Assembly (NCBI GenBank): GCA_963776245.1
Contig: CAVZLN010000006.1
Coordinates: 736,001 to 800,000 of the forward strand
Reading direction: 5' to 3'
Origin: Candidatus Eiseniibacteriota bacterium
Lineage (GTDB): Bacteria; Eisenbacteria; RBG-16-71-46
DNA: 64,000 bases
Part shown: positions 49,308 to 62,675 of the stretch, one piece after another
Layout of the letters: each line of letters opens with the position of its first letter
How positions within the stretch are numbered: the first letter of the stretch is position 1
Translations under genes and position numbers: made by a program
The notes under the pieces: model-generated
Databases searched by the model: none
What the model saw: only the letters and a program-made list of their open reading frames with translations
What the model was told of the DNA's origin: nothing

Positions 49308-51260
49308 TCAGCCCACCCGCGCGCTGCCGATCCTCTCGAGGATCGCGCGCGCCAGCGCGGTCAGCGAGGGATCGCGCGCGCCCATGACCAGCACCAGGTC
49401 GCCCGGCGCGCGCCTCGGCGGCGAGGCCCTCGACCAGCGCCTCGCGGGAGGCGCGCGAACGCCGCGCTGCGCCCGCGCGCCGCGATCTCGCGCACCAGGT
49501 CGGCGGACGAGAGGTCGCGGGCCGCGGTGCCGCCGGCGTAGAAGATCTCCAGCATCCACAGCCGGTCGGCCGGCCGCAGCGCCGCGGCGAACGCCTCCAC
49601 GAAGTCCGCGCGCAGGAACCGCGTCGGGCCGAAGCCGTGCGGCTGGTAGACCGCCAGCACGCGGGCCGCGCGCGCCTGGGCGGTCGCGAGCGCCGCGCGC
49701 ACCTTGGCCGGGTTGTGCGCGAAGTCGTCCACCACCTCGACGCCGCGGGCCACGCCCAGCGGCTGGAACCGCCGCCCCACGCCCTGGAAGCGCGCGAGCG
49801 GCGCCACCATGTCGCCCAGCGCCACGCCCACGCCGCGGCACGCGGCGATGGCCGCGAGCGCGTTCTCGACGTTGTGGCGCCCCGGGACGGGCAGCTGGAA
49901 CGCGACGCCCTCGACCTCGAAGGCGACCCCGTCGCGCTCGAGGCGCACGCCGGTGGCGCGCACGTGGGCCCCTTCGCCCTCCCCGAACACCAGCGCGTCC
50001 GGGCGCAGGGACGCGAGCTCGGGGCCCTCGCCCACCACGAAGTCCTCGCGCGTGCGGGCGCGGAAGGTCGCGAACATCGCCGCGACCTCCGCCATCTCGC
50101 GATGGTCGCGCTGCAGGTTGAGCACCACCCCCACCGCCGGCTGGTAGCGCACCAGCGAACCGTCGCTCTCGTCGGCCTCGACCACCAGCAGGTCGGAGCG
50201 CCCGCGCCAGGCGTTGCCCCACAGCCCTTCCTGCTGGAGCAGGATCAGGTCACCGCCGGTGATCACCGATGGGTCGCGTCCCGCGCCGCGCAGGATCTCG
50301 AACACCATCGCCACGGTGGTGGACTTGCCGCTGGTGCCGGCCACCGCGATGGTGCGGTGCGCGGCGACGAAGTGCGCGAGCAGCTCCGAGCGGTGGACGA
50401 TCGGCACGCCCAGCGCGCGCGCGGCGGCCACATCGGGCACGTCCTCCTCCACCGCGGTGGACACCACCAGCGCCGCGCACTCCTCGTCGAGCCCGCTGCC
50501 GTCCTGGGGATGCACGACGATGCCGAGCCGCTCGAGCATCGCGCGCGCCCTGCCCCGCTCGCCGCGGTCGAACGCGCGGTCGCTGCCGCTCGCGTGGCCG
50601 CCGAGCATGGCCTGGAACTGGGCCAGCGCGCTCATCCCGCTGCCGCCGAGCCCGGCGTAGTGGAAGCGCCCGGCACCCGCCGGATCGGGCACGCCCACGC
50701 GCCCGGCGATCAGCACCAGGTCGCCCGGCGCGACGCGCGCGAACAGGTCGGTGATGTCCTCGTTCGACAGCCGCACGCAGCCGTGCGAGGCCGGGCGTGC
50801 CGAGGCGCGAATCGTGGTTGGTGCCGTGCAGGTAGATGTAGCGCTCGAGCGAGTCGCACCCGGGCCCGCGGTTCACGCCGCGCTCGAGCCCGTCGAGCGT
50901 GAGGATGCGCGTGAGGATCAGGTCGTCCTCGCGCGCCTCGCCGTTCCACACCTCGCCGGTCGGCTCGCGGCTCGCGAACACCGCGCCGCGCGGCGCGCCA
51001 TCGCCGATGCGCGCGTGGATGCGATGCCAGCCCGGGGGCGTGCGCATCGAGCCCGCGGTGCCCCCCACGCCCGCGGCGGCGGTCGAGACCACGTACTCCC
51101 GCACCAGCGCGCCGGCCTCGAGCAGCGCCACTCGCTGGCGCTCCACGTCCACCACCAGCACGCGCGCCGGCAGTCCGCTGGGGGCGCCCGGACGCGCGAG
51201 CGCGCGGCGCAGCAGCGCCGCGGCGCGCTGCTCGACGGCGAGTGGGGTGGGCGGAGCCAT
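49308..51260 (-). CDS. L,D-transpeptidase (YkuD) domain fused to MurC/Mpl-like Mur ligase (frameshifts near 50794 and 49420-49460)
   Basis: VVDVERQ, RTPPGWH, IYLHGTN...ASHGCVRL then in frame GLGGSGMSALA, GSDR, VAGTSGKSTT, VEADESDG, PGRHNVEN, GVGRRF, DDFAHNP, YQPH. Confidence 0.8.
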
Positions 51261-51355
51261 GCGCGGCACTCTGCCACAGCCCGCGCCCGAGGGGAACGGC
51301 GGCGGGGCTGGAAGCTGGGCCGGCGCCTGTGGAAACCTCCAGCGGGAACCCGGGA

Positions 51356-51721
51356 TCAGCGCGATCGCCCGACGCCTGCCGCCAGGCACGCCCAGCCCGC
51401 GAGGAAGCACGCGCCGCCGAGCGGCGTGACCGCTCCCAGCGCGCGCACGCCGCTCAGGGCGAGCGCGTACAGGCTGCCCGAGAACAGCACCGTGCCCACC
51501 ACGAACAGCCACCCCGCCGCGCTCAGCAGCCGCCCGGCGGCGCGCTCGACGAACAGTCCGACCAACACCAGCGCGAGCGCGTGGAACATCTGATAGCGCG
51601 CGCCGGTCTCGAACACCGCGAGCAGGTCGGGGGCGAGTTGGGCGCGCAGCGCATGCGCGCCGAACGCGCCCGCCGCCACCGCGAGGAACGCCGACCAGGC
51701 GCCGATGCGAGCGAAGGTCAT
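51356..51721 (-). CDS. DUF423 (YgdD/TMEM256) membrane protein
   Basis: GAFGAH, YQMFHAL, LFSGSLY, TPLGG. Confidence 0.92.
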   Translation of the reverse strand: MTFARIGAWSAFLAVAAGAFGAHALRAQLAPDLLAVFETGARYQMFHALALVLVGLFVERAAGRLLSAAGWLFVVGTVLFSGSLYALALSGVRALGAVTPLGGACFLAGWACLAAGVGRSR

Positions 51722-51836
51722 GGAGCCAGCATAGCGCGCCCGAGCCAGCGCGGCTAGACTCGGGGCCCGTCGTCACTCGGGTCCGGCCAGATTCGGGGCC
51801 CGCCCTGGTTCGGAGTCCATCCCGGAGAGCGCCGCC

Positions 51837-54291
51837 TTGGACCAGCCGTCCCCGCGTCCGACCGCATCCCCGATCGCCCGGCTCGCGCGGCGCCTCCCGC
51901 CGCCCGGGCGGCGGCGCGTCGTGGTGCTCGCGCTGCTGGCGGTGATCCCGCTCGCGTTCGTGGTGGCGTTCGTGACGTTCGCGGTGCGCCTCGGCACGCT
52001 GCGGGACCGGCTCGCCACCGGGCCGGCGTGGGTGTTCCCGTCGCGCGTGTACTCGGACGGACTGGCGCTGTTGCCCGGGCGCGCGCTATCGGCGGACCAG
52101 CTGGTCGCCCAACTCGACGCGCGCGATTACCGCCCGACGGCCGCGCCGCCGATCCGCCCCGGCACGTACGCGGTCGAGCGGGGCGGCTACCAGATCGTGC
52201 TGCGCGGCTTCGTCGACGCGCCCGACCCGGCGGGCCACGGCGGGCCCGAGCGCGTGCGGCTCGGCCTCGAGGGCGGCCGGCTCGCCCGCGTCGAGCGCCT
52301 CGGCGGCCTCGCGGGAGCCGCGCCCCCGGACACCCTGCATCCCGCGCGGCTCGAGCCGGTGCTGGTGTCCCTGCTGCTCGACCGGGACCGGGTGCGGCGC
52401 TCGTGGGTGCCGCTCGCGCGCGTCCCGCGGGCGCTGCAGGACGCGGTGGTCGCCTCCGAGGACCGGCGCTTCCGCGCCCACCTCGGGTTCGACCTGAGGT
52501 CGAACCTGCGCGCGCTGCTCTCCAACGTCGAGGCCGGGAGCATCCGGCAGGGGGGCAGCACGATCACGCAGCAACTGGCGCGCGGGCTGTTCCTGGGGCG
52601 GCAGCGCACCCTCGGTCGCAAGGTGCGCGAGGTGTTCCTCGCGGCGGGGCTCGAGATCCTGCTCACCAAGGACGAGATCCTCGAGATGTACCTGAACTCG
52701 GTCTACTGGGGTCAGGGCGACGGCGGCGGCATCGCCGGAGCGGCGGAGGCTGCGCGCTTCTACTTCGACGCGCCGGTCGAATCGCTCACGGTGGCCCAGG
52801 CCGCGATGCTGGCGGGCATCATCCCGGCGCCCAACGCGTACTCGCCCTTCCGCAGCCTGAGCGCCGCACGCCAGCGGCGCGACGCGGTCCTCACGGACAT
52901 GGTGCAGACCGGCGCGCTGCCGGCGGCCGCCGCCGCCCGCCTGCGGCGCGAGCCGCTGCGCGTCCGTCGCGGAGCGCCCCCGCCCGAGCGCTTCCCCTCG
53001 TTCACCGGCTACCTGCGCGAGCGATTGCGCGCGCAGGTCTCGAAGCGCGAGGCCGAGAGCTGGGGCCTGGCACTCATGACCACGCTCGACCCGGTGTGGC
53101 AGGCCGCGGCGGAGCGCGAGCTGGCCGCCGGCGTGGCCGCCCAGGAGCGCTGGCATGGGCGCGGCGCGGCGCCGCTGCAGGGCGCCTTCGTGGCGCTCGA
53201 CGCGGCCACCGGCGAGGTGCGCGCCATGGTCGCCGGGCGCGCCACGGTGGAGGGCGACTTCAATCGCGCCACCCAGGCCCGCCGCCAGCCCGGCTCGGCC
53301 ATCAAGGCGATCGTGTACACCGCGGCGCTCGATCCGGCGCGCGGCGGGCCGGCCCTCACGCCCGCCTCCACCGTTCCCGACCTGCGGCGCGAGTTCGCGA
53401 CGCCCGAGGGACCGTGGAGACCGCAGAACAACGAGGGCGACTACCACGAGACCGTCACGCTGGCGAAGGCGCTGGCGCGCTCGCTCAACCTCGCCACCGC
53501 GAACCTGGTGGAGCGGATCGGCGCCGGCACCGTGGCGCGCTACTGCGAGCGCTTCGGGCTCGGACGGGCGAAGGCGGTGCCGAGCATCGGTCTCGGCACC
53601 AACGAGGTCACCCTGCTCGCGCTCACCGACGCGTACGCGGTGTTCCCCGCCGGCGGCGTGCTGCACGCTCCCACGCCGCTGCGCGCCGGCACTCGACGCC
53701 CGCGGCCGCGACCGGATGCGCCCGCGTCCCGCCCCGGTGCGCGTGATCGCCGACCGCACCGCCGCGCTCATGACCGGGCTGCTCGAGGACGTGGTGATCT
53801 TCGGGGTGGGCTACCCGCTGCGCTCGCGCTTCGGGTTCACCCAGGGCGTGGCGGGCAAGACCGGCACCACCAACGACCACAACGACGCCTGGTTCGTGGG
53901 CTTCACGCGCGGGTTCGCCGCCGGGGTGTGGGTGGGCTACGACACCCCGCGCGACCTGCAGCGTCCCGCCGCCGAGGTCGCGCTGCCGGTGTGGGCCGGC
54001 ATCGTGCGCGCGATGACCGACGGGGCCCAGCCCGCGGCGTTCCCCGCGCGCGCCGATCTCGAGGTCGTCTGGATCGACCCGTTCAGCGGCGGGCGCGCGC
54101 GCCCGGACTGCCCCTCGCCGATGCGCGTGCCGTTCGTGAAGGGCACCGCGCCCGCCGCCGCGTGCACCCGCGATCACATGGCGGACTGGCAGCGCATCTA
54201 CGAGGAGGAGGCGCGCGCGGACAGCCTCGCCGCCGCCCGCGCGGCCGACACGCTGGACGCGCGCGGCACGCCGGAGGGGCCGACGGAGTAG
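51837..54291 (+). CDS. Class A penicillin-binding protein (PBP1A/1B-like; frameshift near 53690)
   Basis: N-terminal TM, UB2H-like region, EDRRF, GGSTITQQL, RKVRE, KDEILEMYLN; SAIK, SLN, KTG. Confidence 0.92.
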
Positions 54292-54330
54292 GAGGTCCTG
54301 ACGCCTACCGCGCGCTATTCCGCGTTCCCG

Positions 54331-54681
54331 TCACGCGCCGGGCAGGAGAAACGGAATCTGGCGGGACGCCTCGGGGGTGAAGCGCAGCAGTACACGCATC
54401 GCATCGGCGTGCGCGGACGCATCGGCTTCGCTCTGGACGTAGAGCTGCGCGACGAGATCGCGCCAGCGGAGCATCTCGCGACGGAGCCCGCGCTGGGTGC
54501 GGGTGGCGATGGTGAGATCGGCGAGCCGCAGCACGCGCTCGTACGAATTGAGCCGGCGGACACGGTCGGCGGGCGCCATCATCTGGGACGCGCGATTCAT
54601 CTCGTTCGCGATCATGAGCACCTGCTGGTCGAGCGAGTAGCCCGCCCAGCGCTCGGGCGTGAGCGCGCCGTGCTGAGTCAT
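54331..54681 (-). CDS. Small helical hypothetical protein
   Basis: 116 aa; start 1 nt after the upstream stop; RWAGYSLDQQVLMIANEMNRA. Confidence 0.7.
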   Translation of the reverse strand: MTQHGALTPERWAGYSLDQQVLMIANEMNRASQMMAPADRVRRLNSYERVLRLADLTIATRTQRGLRREMLRWRDLVAQLYVQSEADASAHADAMRVLLRFTPEASRQIPFLLPGA

Positions 54682-54682
54682 C

Positions 54683-55054
54683 TCAGAGTCCCTCGCCCTC
54701 TCCGATCAGCCGCAGCGTGAGCCCGCGGATCCGCGCGCGGACGGCCGGGTCGGACACCACCATGGATGGATTGCCCTGCGCGGGGCGGATGTTGATCAGC
54801 GAGGTGTACTCGATGCAGCCGTCGAGTCCGCGCCCGGGGTAGTAGTTCGCGCCCCAGAGATCCACCTGGGCGCTGCCGTCGTCGAGCAACACGTGCTCCG
54901 CGTCGGCGTGCATCTGGCCACCGATGGCGATGACCTGGCGCTCCAGGTCGGCCACGTACTTGACCATATCTCCGAACCCCTCCTGCACGAGACGCCGCAG
55001 GAGATCGGCCGGGATGCGCTCCGTGAGCAGCAGGATGTCGGAATCGGGATCCAT
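54683..55054 (-). CDS. DUF5674-like protein
   Basis: GGAGG RBS; MVKYVADL...GGQMHADAE..LL..GS...DLWGANYYP...IEYTSLINIRP. Confidence 0.75.
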   Translation of the reverse strand: MDPDSDILLLTERIPADLLRRLVQEGFGDMVKYVADLERQVIAIGGQMHADAEHVLLDDGSAQVDLWGANYYPGRGLDGCIEYTSLINIRPAQGNPSMVVSDPAVRARIRGLTLRLIGEGEGL

Positions 55055-55123
55055 GCGATGACCTCCGCGCCCACTGTACCCCAGCCCGTGCGGGTGGGAC
55101 ACGCACGCGCCTCTACCCCGGGG

Positions 55124-56053
55124 TCAGCGGATGGTCGCGGTCCCGGCGCCCTTGCGGCAGAACAGGTCGACGGTGTCGGGGCGCGCCGCCAGCCGGTCCA
55201 GCGCCGCGGGCCCCTCGACCGGCAGCAGCGCCGGCCCCGGCAACTCGCCGACGATCGAGATCCGGAAGCCGAGCGAGACCAACTGGTCGAGGAACGCGCG
55301 TGGGTCGTCGCCGAACGCGCGGATGCCCTCGGCCCAGAACTCGGTCGCCAGCGCGAGACGGGGAAGCGACCCGATCAGGCCGCGCGCCCCCGCGAGCGCC
55401 GCGGCCTCGGCGCCCTGGACGTCCATCTTGATGAAGTCCAGCTGGCGATCGGCGCCGGCGAGCGCCTCGTCGAGCGCGACCACCTCGACCGCGACGCGCT
55501 CCGCGTGCTCCGGGCCGCCCCAGCCCAAGCGATGGTCGCCGAAGTTGTAGTCGCTGCGGTAGAGCGGGAGCGTCCCGGCCGCGCGCGACACCGCCTGCGC
55601 GGCCACGCGCACGTTCGAGTAACCGTTGTCCCGGACGTTGCGCGCCAGCAGCCCGGCATTGCGGGGGTCGGGCTCGAACGCGATGACGCGGCCCGCGGGC
55701 CCGACCGCGCGCGCGAACGCGAGCGTGAAGTAGCCGAAGTTGGCGCCCAGGTCGAGCACCGTCATGCCCGGCCGCACCTCGCGCGCGTAGAGCACGGTCT
55801 CGGGCGGGCTCAGGACGCCGCGGCGACGCATCAACACCCCGAGCGTGCGGTCGGCCGGATCGACGTGGAACAGATGGCCGTCGCCCTCGACCACGTCGCC
55901 GAACGCGCCGCGCATGATGCGCTCGACCAGCGCGTTGCGCGTCCACAGCCCCGCCACCGCCGCGACCCGGGCGACGCGTCGCCACCGCCGCTGGCGCGCG
56001 ACCGCGGCGCGGCGCTCGGCGGCGCCCGCGGGCACGGCCGGCCGATCGCTCAC
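55124..56053 (-). CDS. FkbM family methyltransferase
   Basis: VLDLGANFG, VIAFEPDP, DFIKMDVQGAE. Confidence 0.88.
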   Translation of the reverse strand: MSDRPAVPAGAAERRAAVARQRRWRRVARVAAVAGLWTRNALVERIMRGAFGDVVEGDGHLFHVDPADRTLGVLMRRRGVLSPPETVLYAREVRPGMTVLDLGANFGYFTLAFARAVGPAGRVIAFEPDPRNAGLLARNVRDNGYSNVRVAAQAVSRAAGTLPLYRSDYNFGDHRLGWGGPEHAERVAVEVVALDEALAGADRQLDFIKMDVQGAEAAALAGARGLIGSLPRLALATEFWAEGIRAFGDDPRAFLDQLVSLGFRISIVGELPGPALLPVEGPAALDRLAARPDTVDLFCRKGAGTATIR

Positions 56054-56059
56054 GCGGCC

Positions 56060-58978
<2,919 letters not shown>

Positions 58979-59098
58979 GTCAGGCCCCCTCCGGGGGGCT
59001 TCGGAACCGCGAGATCGAGGCGCGTGGGGGGCGCGCGATGGGTGCCGACCCTACCGCGAACCGTGCGTCAGCGGCAACGCGGGGCCGCCGGACGCGGA

Positions 59099-60343
59099 CT
59101 ACAGCGAGCGCTTCAGCGGCACCGCCACGGTGCTGAACACCAGCCCGGCGGCGAGCGCGAACGCGAGCAACACCAGCTGGAACGAGAGCTCGACGCCGAG
59201 CGCCACCTGATGCTCGAACAGCGAGGTGAACGAGCGCAGTCCGAGGCTCCCCGGCACCAGCAGCATGATGGCCGGCACCAGCGGCACCGCGGCCGGCTGG
59301 CGATAGAGGCGCGCGTACACGTTCGAGACCGAGCCGGCGAGGAACGCCGCGACGAACATGCCCAGCACCGGACCGAACGCCGCCCCCGCCGCGCGCACCG
59401 CGCCGAACGCGAGCGCGCCCACCACCAGGATGACCGGGTACGCGCCGGGCGCGGCGCGGAACAGCACGGTGAAGGCGAACAGAGTGACCGGAAGAGTGGC
59501 CCACAGGGTCCACGGGGGCAGCGGCGCGCTGGCGCCGAGGACCGGGGCCCCGCCCAGCCGGGACGCGAGCCCGAAGCCGAGCGCGAGCCCGAAGCCGAGG
59601 GTCATCAGCGACATGGTCGCACCCGCCAGGCGCGTCGTGCCGGACACCAGATGGCGGGTGCCCAGCTCGGTCATCGCGATCGCGACCCCGAAGCCCGGCA
59701 CCAGCGCGATCACGCCGGCGATCGCGGCGGGGCCCGGCGACAGCGGCGCGATCCACCGTGTCGCCAGCGTGGCGAACAGCGCCGCGGCGACCGCGGCGAG
59801 CGGTTCCGCGACGCGCGCGAACCCGGAGCGACGCCCGGCCAGTCGCATGCACACGCCGGTGACCAGCCCGCACCCTCCCGCGACCGCCATCTCGCGCCAG
59901 CCGCCCTCGAAGAAGCGCGCCACGGCGGCCGACGCGAGCCCGTACGAGGCCACCGTCAGCAGGCCGCCGTAACGCTCGGGCGTGCCGACGATGGTGTCCA
60001 CCTCGATCACCGCTCGCGCGGGCTCGGACTCCCCGCTCGAGACGCGGTCGATGAGCGCGTCGAGGCGCGCGAGCTTCTCGAGGTGCAGCCCCCCCGGCTC
60101 GACGCGCAGCAGGGAGGTGTCGCCTTCCTCGGGGTCGGCGAACGACGCCAGGATGGCGGTCGGGGTCGAGAAGATCTCGCCCCGCAGACCGAGCCGGGCG
60201 GCGGTGTCGCGCGCCACCGCCTCGAGCCGATGCGCCGGCGCGCCGTACGCGTGGAGCGCGCGCAGCAGGCGCAGCACGAAGGCGATCGCCGGGTCCGGCG
60301 CCGGAGCGGCCCCGCCGGGAGCGTGAGGAGCGCCCGCGGTCAT
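59099..60343 (-). CDS. thrE: Threonine/serine exporter family protein
   Basis: YGAPAHRLE, STPT, FFEGGW, ALVPG...ELGT.HLVSG, LLVPG; about 10 TMs. Confidence 0.85.
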   Translation of the reverse strand: MTAGAPHAPGGAAPAPDPAIAFVLRLLRALHAYGAPAHRLEAVARDTAARLGLRGEIFSTPTAILASFADPEEGDTSLLRVEPGGLHLEKLARLDALIDRVSSGESEPARAVIEVDTIVGTPERYGGLLTVASYGLASAAVARFFEGGWREMAVAGGCGLVTGVCMRLAGRRSGFARVAEPLAAVAAALFATLATRWIAPLSPGPAAIAGVIALVPGFGVAIAMTELGTRHLVSGTTRLAGATMSLMTLGFGLALGFGLASRLGGAPVLGASAPLPPWTLWATLPVTLFAFTVLFRAAPGAYPVILVVGALAFGAVRAAGAAFGPVLGMFVAAFLAGSVSNVYARLYRQPAAVPLVPAIMLLVPGSLGLRSFTSLFEHQVALGVELSFQLVLLAFALAAGLVFSTVAVPLKRSL

Positions 60344-60546
60344 CCGTCCGCCGTGAGCGGCGATCCGCGCTCGAGCTGCAGGGGTGGCGGGTCGGCGGTG
60401 TGCGGCATGGCGTCCTCCGGTGGCGGTGCGCGTGGAGCGCGATGCTAGAGGCCGCGGCGGGCGCGGGCAAGGGCTCGCGGTGGGCCGGTGCGCGGGCCAG
60501 ATGACGCTTGATGCCGCCGATGCGCTGGGGTATCAAGTCACCCATC

Positions 60547-61521
60547 ATGCTCGAGCGGCTCATCCTCCTCCCGATGGTGGTCGCCCTCGCCCTCGCGCTG
60601 GCCGGCTGCTCGGATCTGGGCCGTCCGGTGCGACTCCAGGCACGGGGCGAGGTGTCCGCCACGGCGCTGGACTTCGGCACCATCGCGGTGGCCGACTCCG
60701 CCACCCGCCGATTCACGCTGCGCAACTCCGGCAGTCTGGCCCTCGTGGGCGAGGTGGGTCTCTCGTGCGCCGGGTTCCGGGTGATCGCGGGCGGCGGCCC
60801 GTTCCGGCTCGCCCCGCGGGACACGCTCGGCGTCGCGGTGCGATTCACGCCCGCCGCGGTCGGCGCGTACTCGTGCGTGCTCGATCTCGGTCCCGATTCC
60901 CCTCACGTCACGCTCGCCGGGACCGCGGCACTCCAGGCGCCGGGCGCCCAGTCCCTCGTGACCCCACTCTCCCTCGACCTCGGCGTGGTCGCCGTGGGTC
61001 AGGCGAGCTACCGCGAATTCAAGGTCTTCAGCGTGGGCACGGCCCCGCTGCTGGTGAACGTGGTGTCGCCCTGCGGCGAGTTCGTGCCGATCCTTGGGGG
61101 CGGCCCGGCGGTTATCGCGCCCGGGGATTCCATGGTCGTGAGGGTGCTGTTCAGCCCGCTCTCCGGCGGCGATCATGGGTGCGCCATCGCCGTCGGTCCG
61201 GGCTGCCCGGAGGTGGCCGTGGCGGGCAGCGCGACCTCGGTGTCGTTCGCCCAGGACATCCGGGCGGGGATCTTCGACACCCATGGCTGCACCACCTGCC
61301 ACGGCTGGAGCTACGCCCTGCTGGTCGGCCGCACCAGCTCGGGCTACGCGCCGGCGGTGCTGGTGGTGCCGTTCGACACCACGAACTCGGTGCTCTATGG
61401 CAAGGTGACCAACTCGGGCCGCTTCGGCGGCGGGATGCCCCAGCCGGGCTACCCGCCGCTCACGCTGCCCGAACGGATCGAGCTCGCCACCTGGATCCTC
61501 GAAGGCGCGCGGGACAACTAG
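60547..61521 (+). CDS. Lipoprotein with two Ig-like (choice-of-anchor D/ASH-type) domains and C-terminal monoheme cytochrome c
   Basis: LAGC lipobox; LDFGTIAV...LRNSG...VRFTP and LDLGVVAV...SVGTAPL...VLFSP repeats; VSFAQDI...CTTCH...SVLY...MP...TWILEGA. Confidence 0.85.
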   Translation: MLERLILLPMVVALALALAGCSDLGRPVRLQARGEVSATALDFGTIAVADSATRRFTLRNSGSLALVGEVGLSCAGFRVIAGGGPFRLAPRDTLGVAVRFTPAAVGAYSCVLDLGPDSPHVTLAGTAALQAPGAQSLVTPLSLDLGVVAVGQASYREFKVFSVGTAPLLVNVVSPCGEFVPILGGGPAVIAPGDSMVVRVLFSPLSGGDHGCAIAVGPGCPEVAVAGSATSVSFAQDIRAGIFDTHGCTTCHGWSYALLVGRTSSGYAPAVLVVPFDTTNSVLYGKVTNSGRFGGGMPQPGYPPLTLPERIELATWILEGARDN

Positions 61522-61534
61522 CGTGAGGTGCGAG

Positions 61535-62644
61535 ATGAGATGGACCCGACGGTTCGGGCTGGCGGGAGCGGTGGCGTTCGCGACGATCGATGCCCTGCTG
61601 GCGCTCCAGGCCGGGGCGGTGCCGCGCTACAGCGCGCGCTACGAGCAGAAGTGCGCGCTCTGCCACGTGAATCCCTCGGGCGGCGGATTGCGCTCCGCCT
61701 ACGCCAGCCAGGACCTGGTGCCGCGCGAGCTCGCGTGGTCGAAGGCCAGGCCCGAGCTGCTGGCCGGGATCGACCCACTGATCGCGAAGAACATCCTGAT
61801 CGGGACCGACTTCCGCGAGCTCTACGTGGGCTCCGACGACCCCGCCGGCCGGCTGGGGTTCTTCCAGATGCAGGGCGACCTGTATTTCGACTTCCAGCTC
61901 GACCCGAAGGTCTCGCTTTACTACGACCGGGGCGCGGCGAACAGCATCGAACTGTTCGGTCTCGTCTATCCGCTGCCAGTGGCGTACGTCAAGGCCGGGC
62001 GCTTCGTGCCGTCCTACGGCTGGAAGTTCGACGACCACACGATGTTCGTGCGCAGCGAACTGGGCTTCTTCCCGCCCGGCAACAGCGACGTGGGCGTCGA
62101 AGTGGGCGCCTCGCCGCAGCGGTTCGACGTGCAGCTGGGGGTCGTGAACGGCAATCGCGGCGCCATCCTGGACAACGACCGGCGCGTCGCGACGGTCGCG
62201 AACGGGATCTACCGTCTCCACGTGGGCCCGCTCGGGGCCGCCGCCGGGGTCTCGGGCTACCATCACCCGGGCACGCTGGAGGACTTCGATTCGGGGGGCG
62301 TGTACGGCTATCTCATCTGGCGGAACCTCACCTGGCTGGGCGAGGCCGATCTGTTCCGCACCCGACCGGCGGCGGCCACCGCCACCGAGGGCGTGGTGAC
62401 CTCGCACGAACTCACCTGCCTCCTGCGGCAGGGGCTCGAGCTCAAGGCCACCTACGACTTCTACGACCCCGACCGGGATCACGCGACCGGGGCCAAGTCG
62501 CGGTGGGGCGGCGGCGTGGCGGTGATGCCCCACTCCTACCTCGCGCTCGAGGGCATGCTCCGCCGGACGCGGTTCGAGAATGGGATCTCCTACTTCGGCC
62601 GGGACGCGTACGAGACGGTGCTCCAGCTCCATCTGCTCTACTGA
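61535..62644 (+). CDS. Outer-membrane beta-barrel with N-terminal c-type heme motif (Cyc2-like architecture)
   Basis: GAGG RBS; signal peptide, AVPRYSARYEQKCALCH, amphipathic strands (YVKAGRF, DVGVEVG, LELKATYDFY), C-terminal LQLHLLY. Confidence 0.8.
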   Translation: MRWTRRFGLAGAVAFATIDALLALQAGAVPRYSARYEQKCALCHVNPSGGGLRSAYASQDLVPRELAWSKARPELLAGIDPLIAKNILIGTDFRELYVGSDDPAGRLGFFQMQGDLYFDFQLDPKVSLYYDRGAANSIELFGLVYPLPVAYVKAGRFVPSYGWKFDDHTMFVRSELGFFPPGNSDVGVEVGASPQRFDVQLGVVNGNRGAILDNDRRVATVANGIYRLHVGPLGAAAGVSGYHHPGTLEDFDSGGVYGYLIWRNLTWLGEADLFRTRPAAATATEGVVTSHELTCLLRQGLELKATYDFYDPDRDHATGAKSRWGGGVAVMPHSYLALEGMLRRTRFENGISYFGRDAYETVLQLHLLY

Positions 62645-62675
62645 CGGAGCGTCGGCGCCACCACGGGGGAACGCC

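Noticed and set aside
61535..62644. Definitive cyc2 / iron-oxidation call
   Set aside because: The architecture is similar but the motif and length diverge; it cannot be assigned without HMM and phylogenetic analysis
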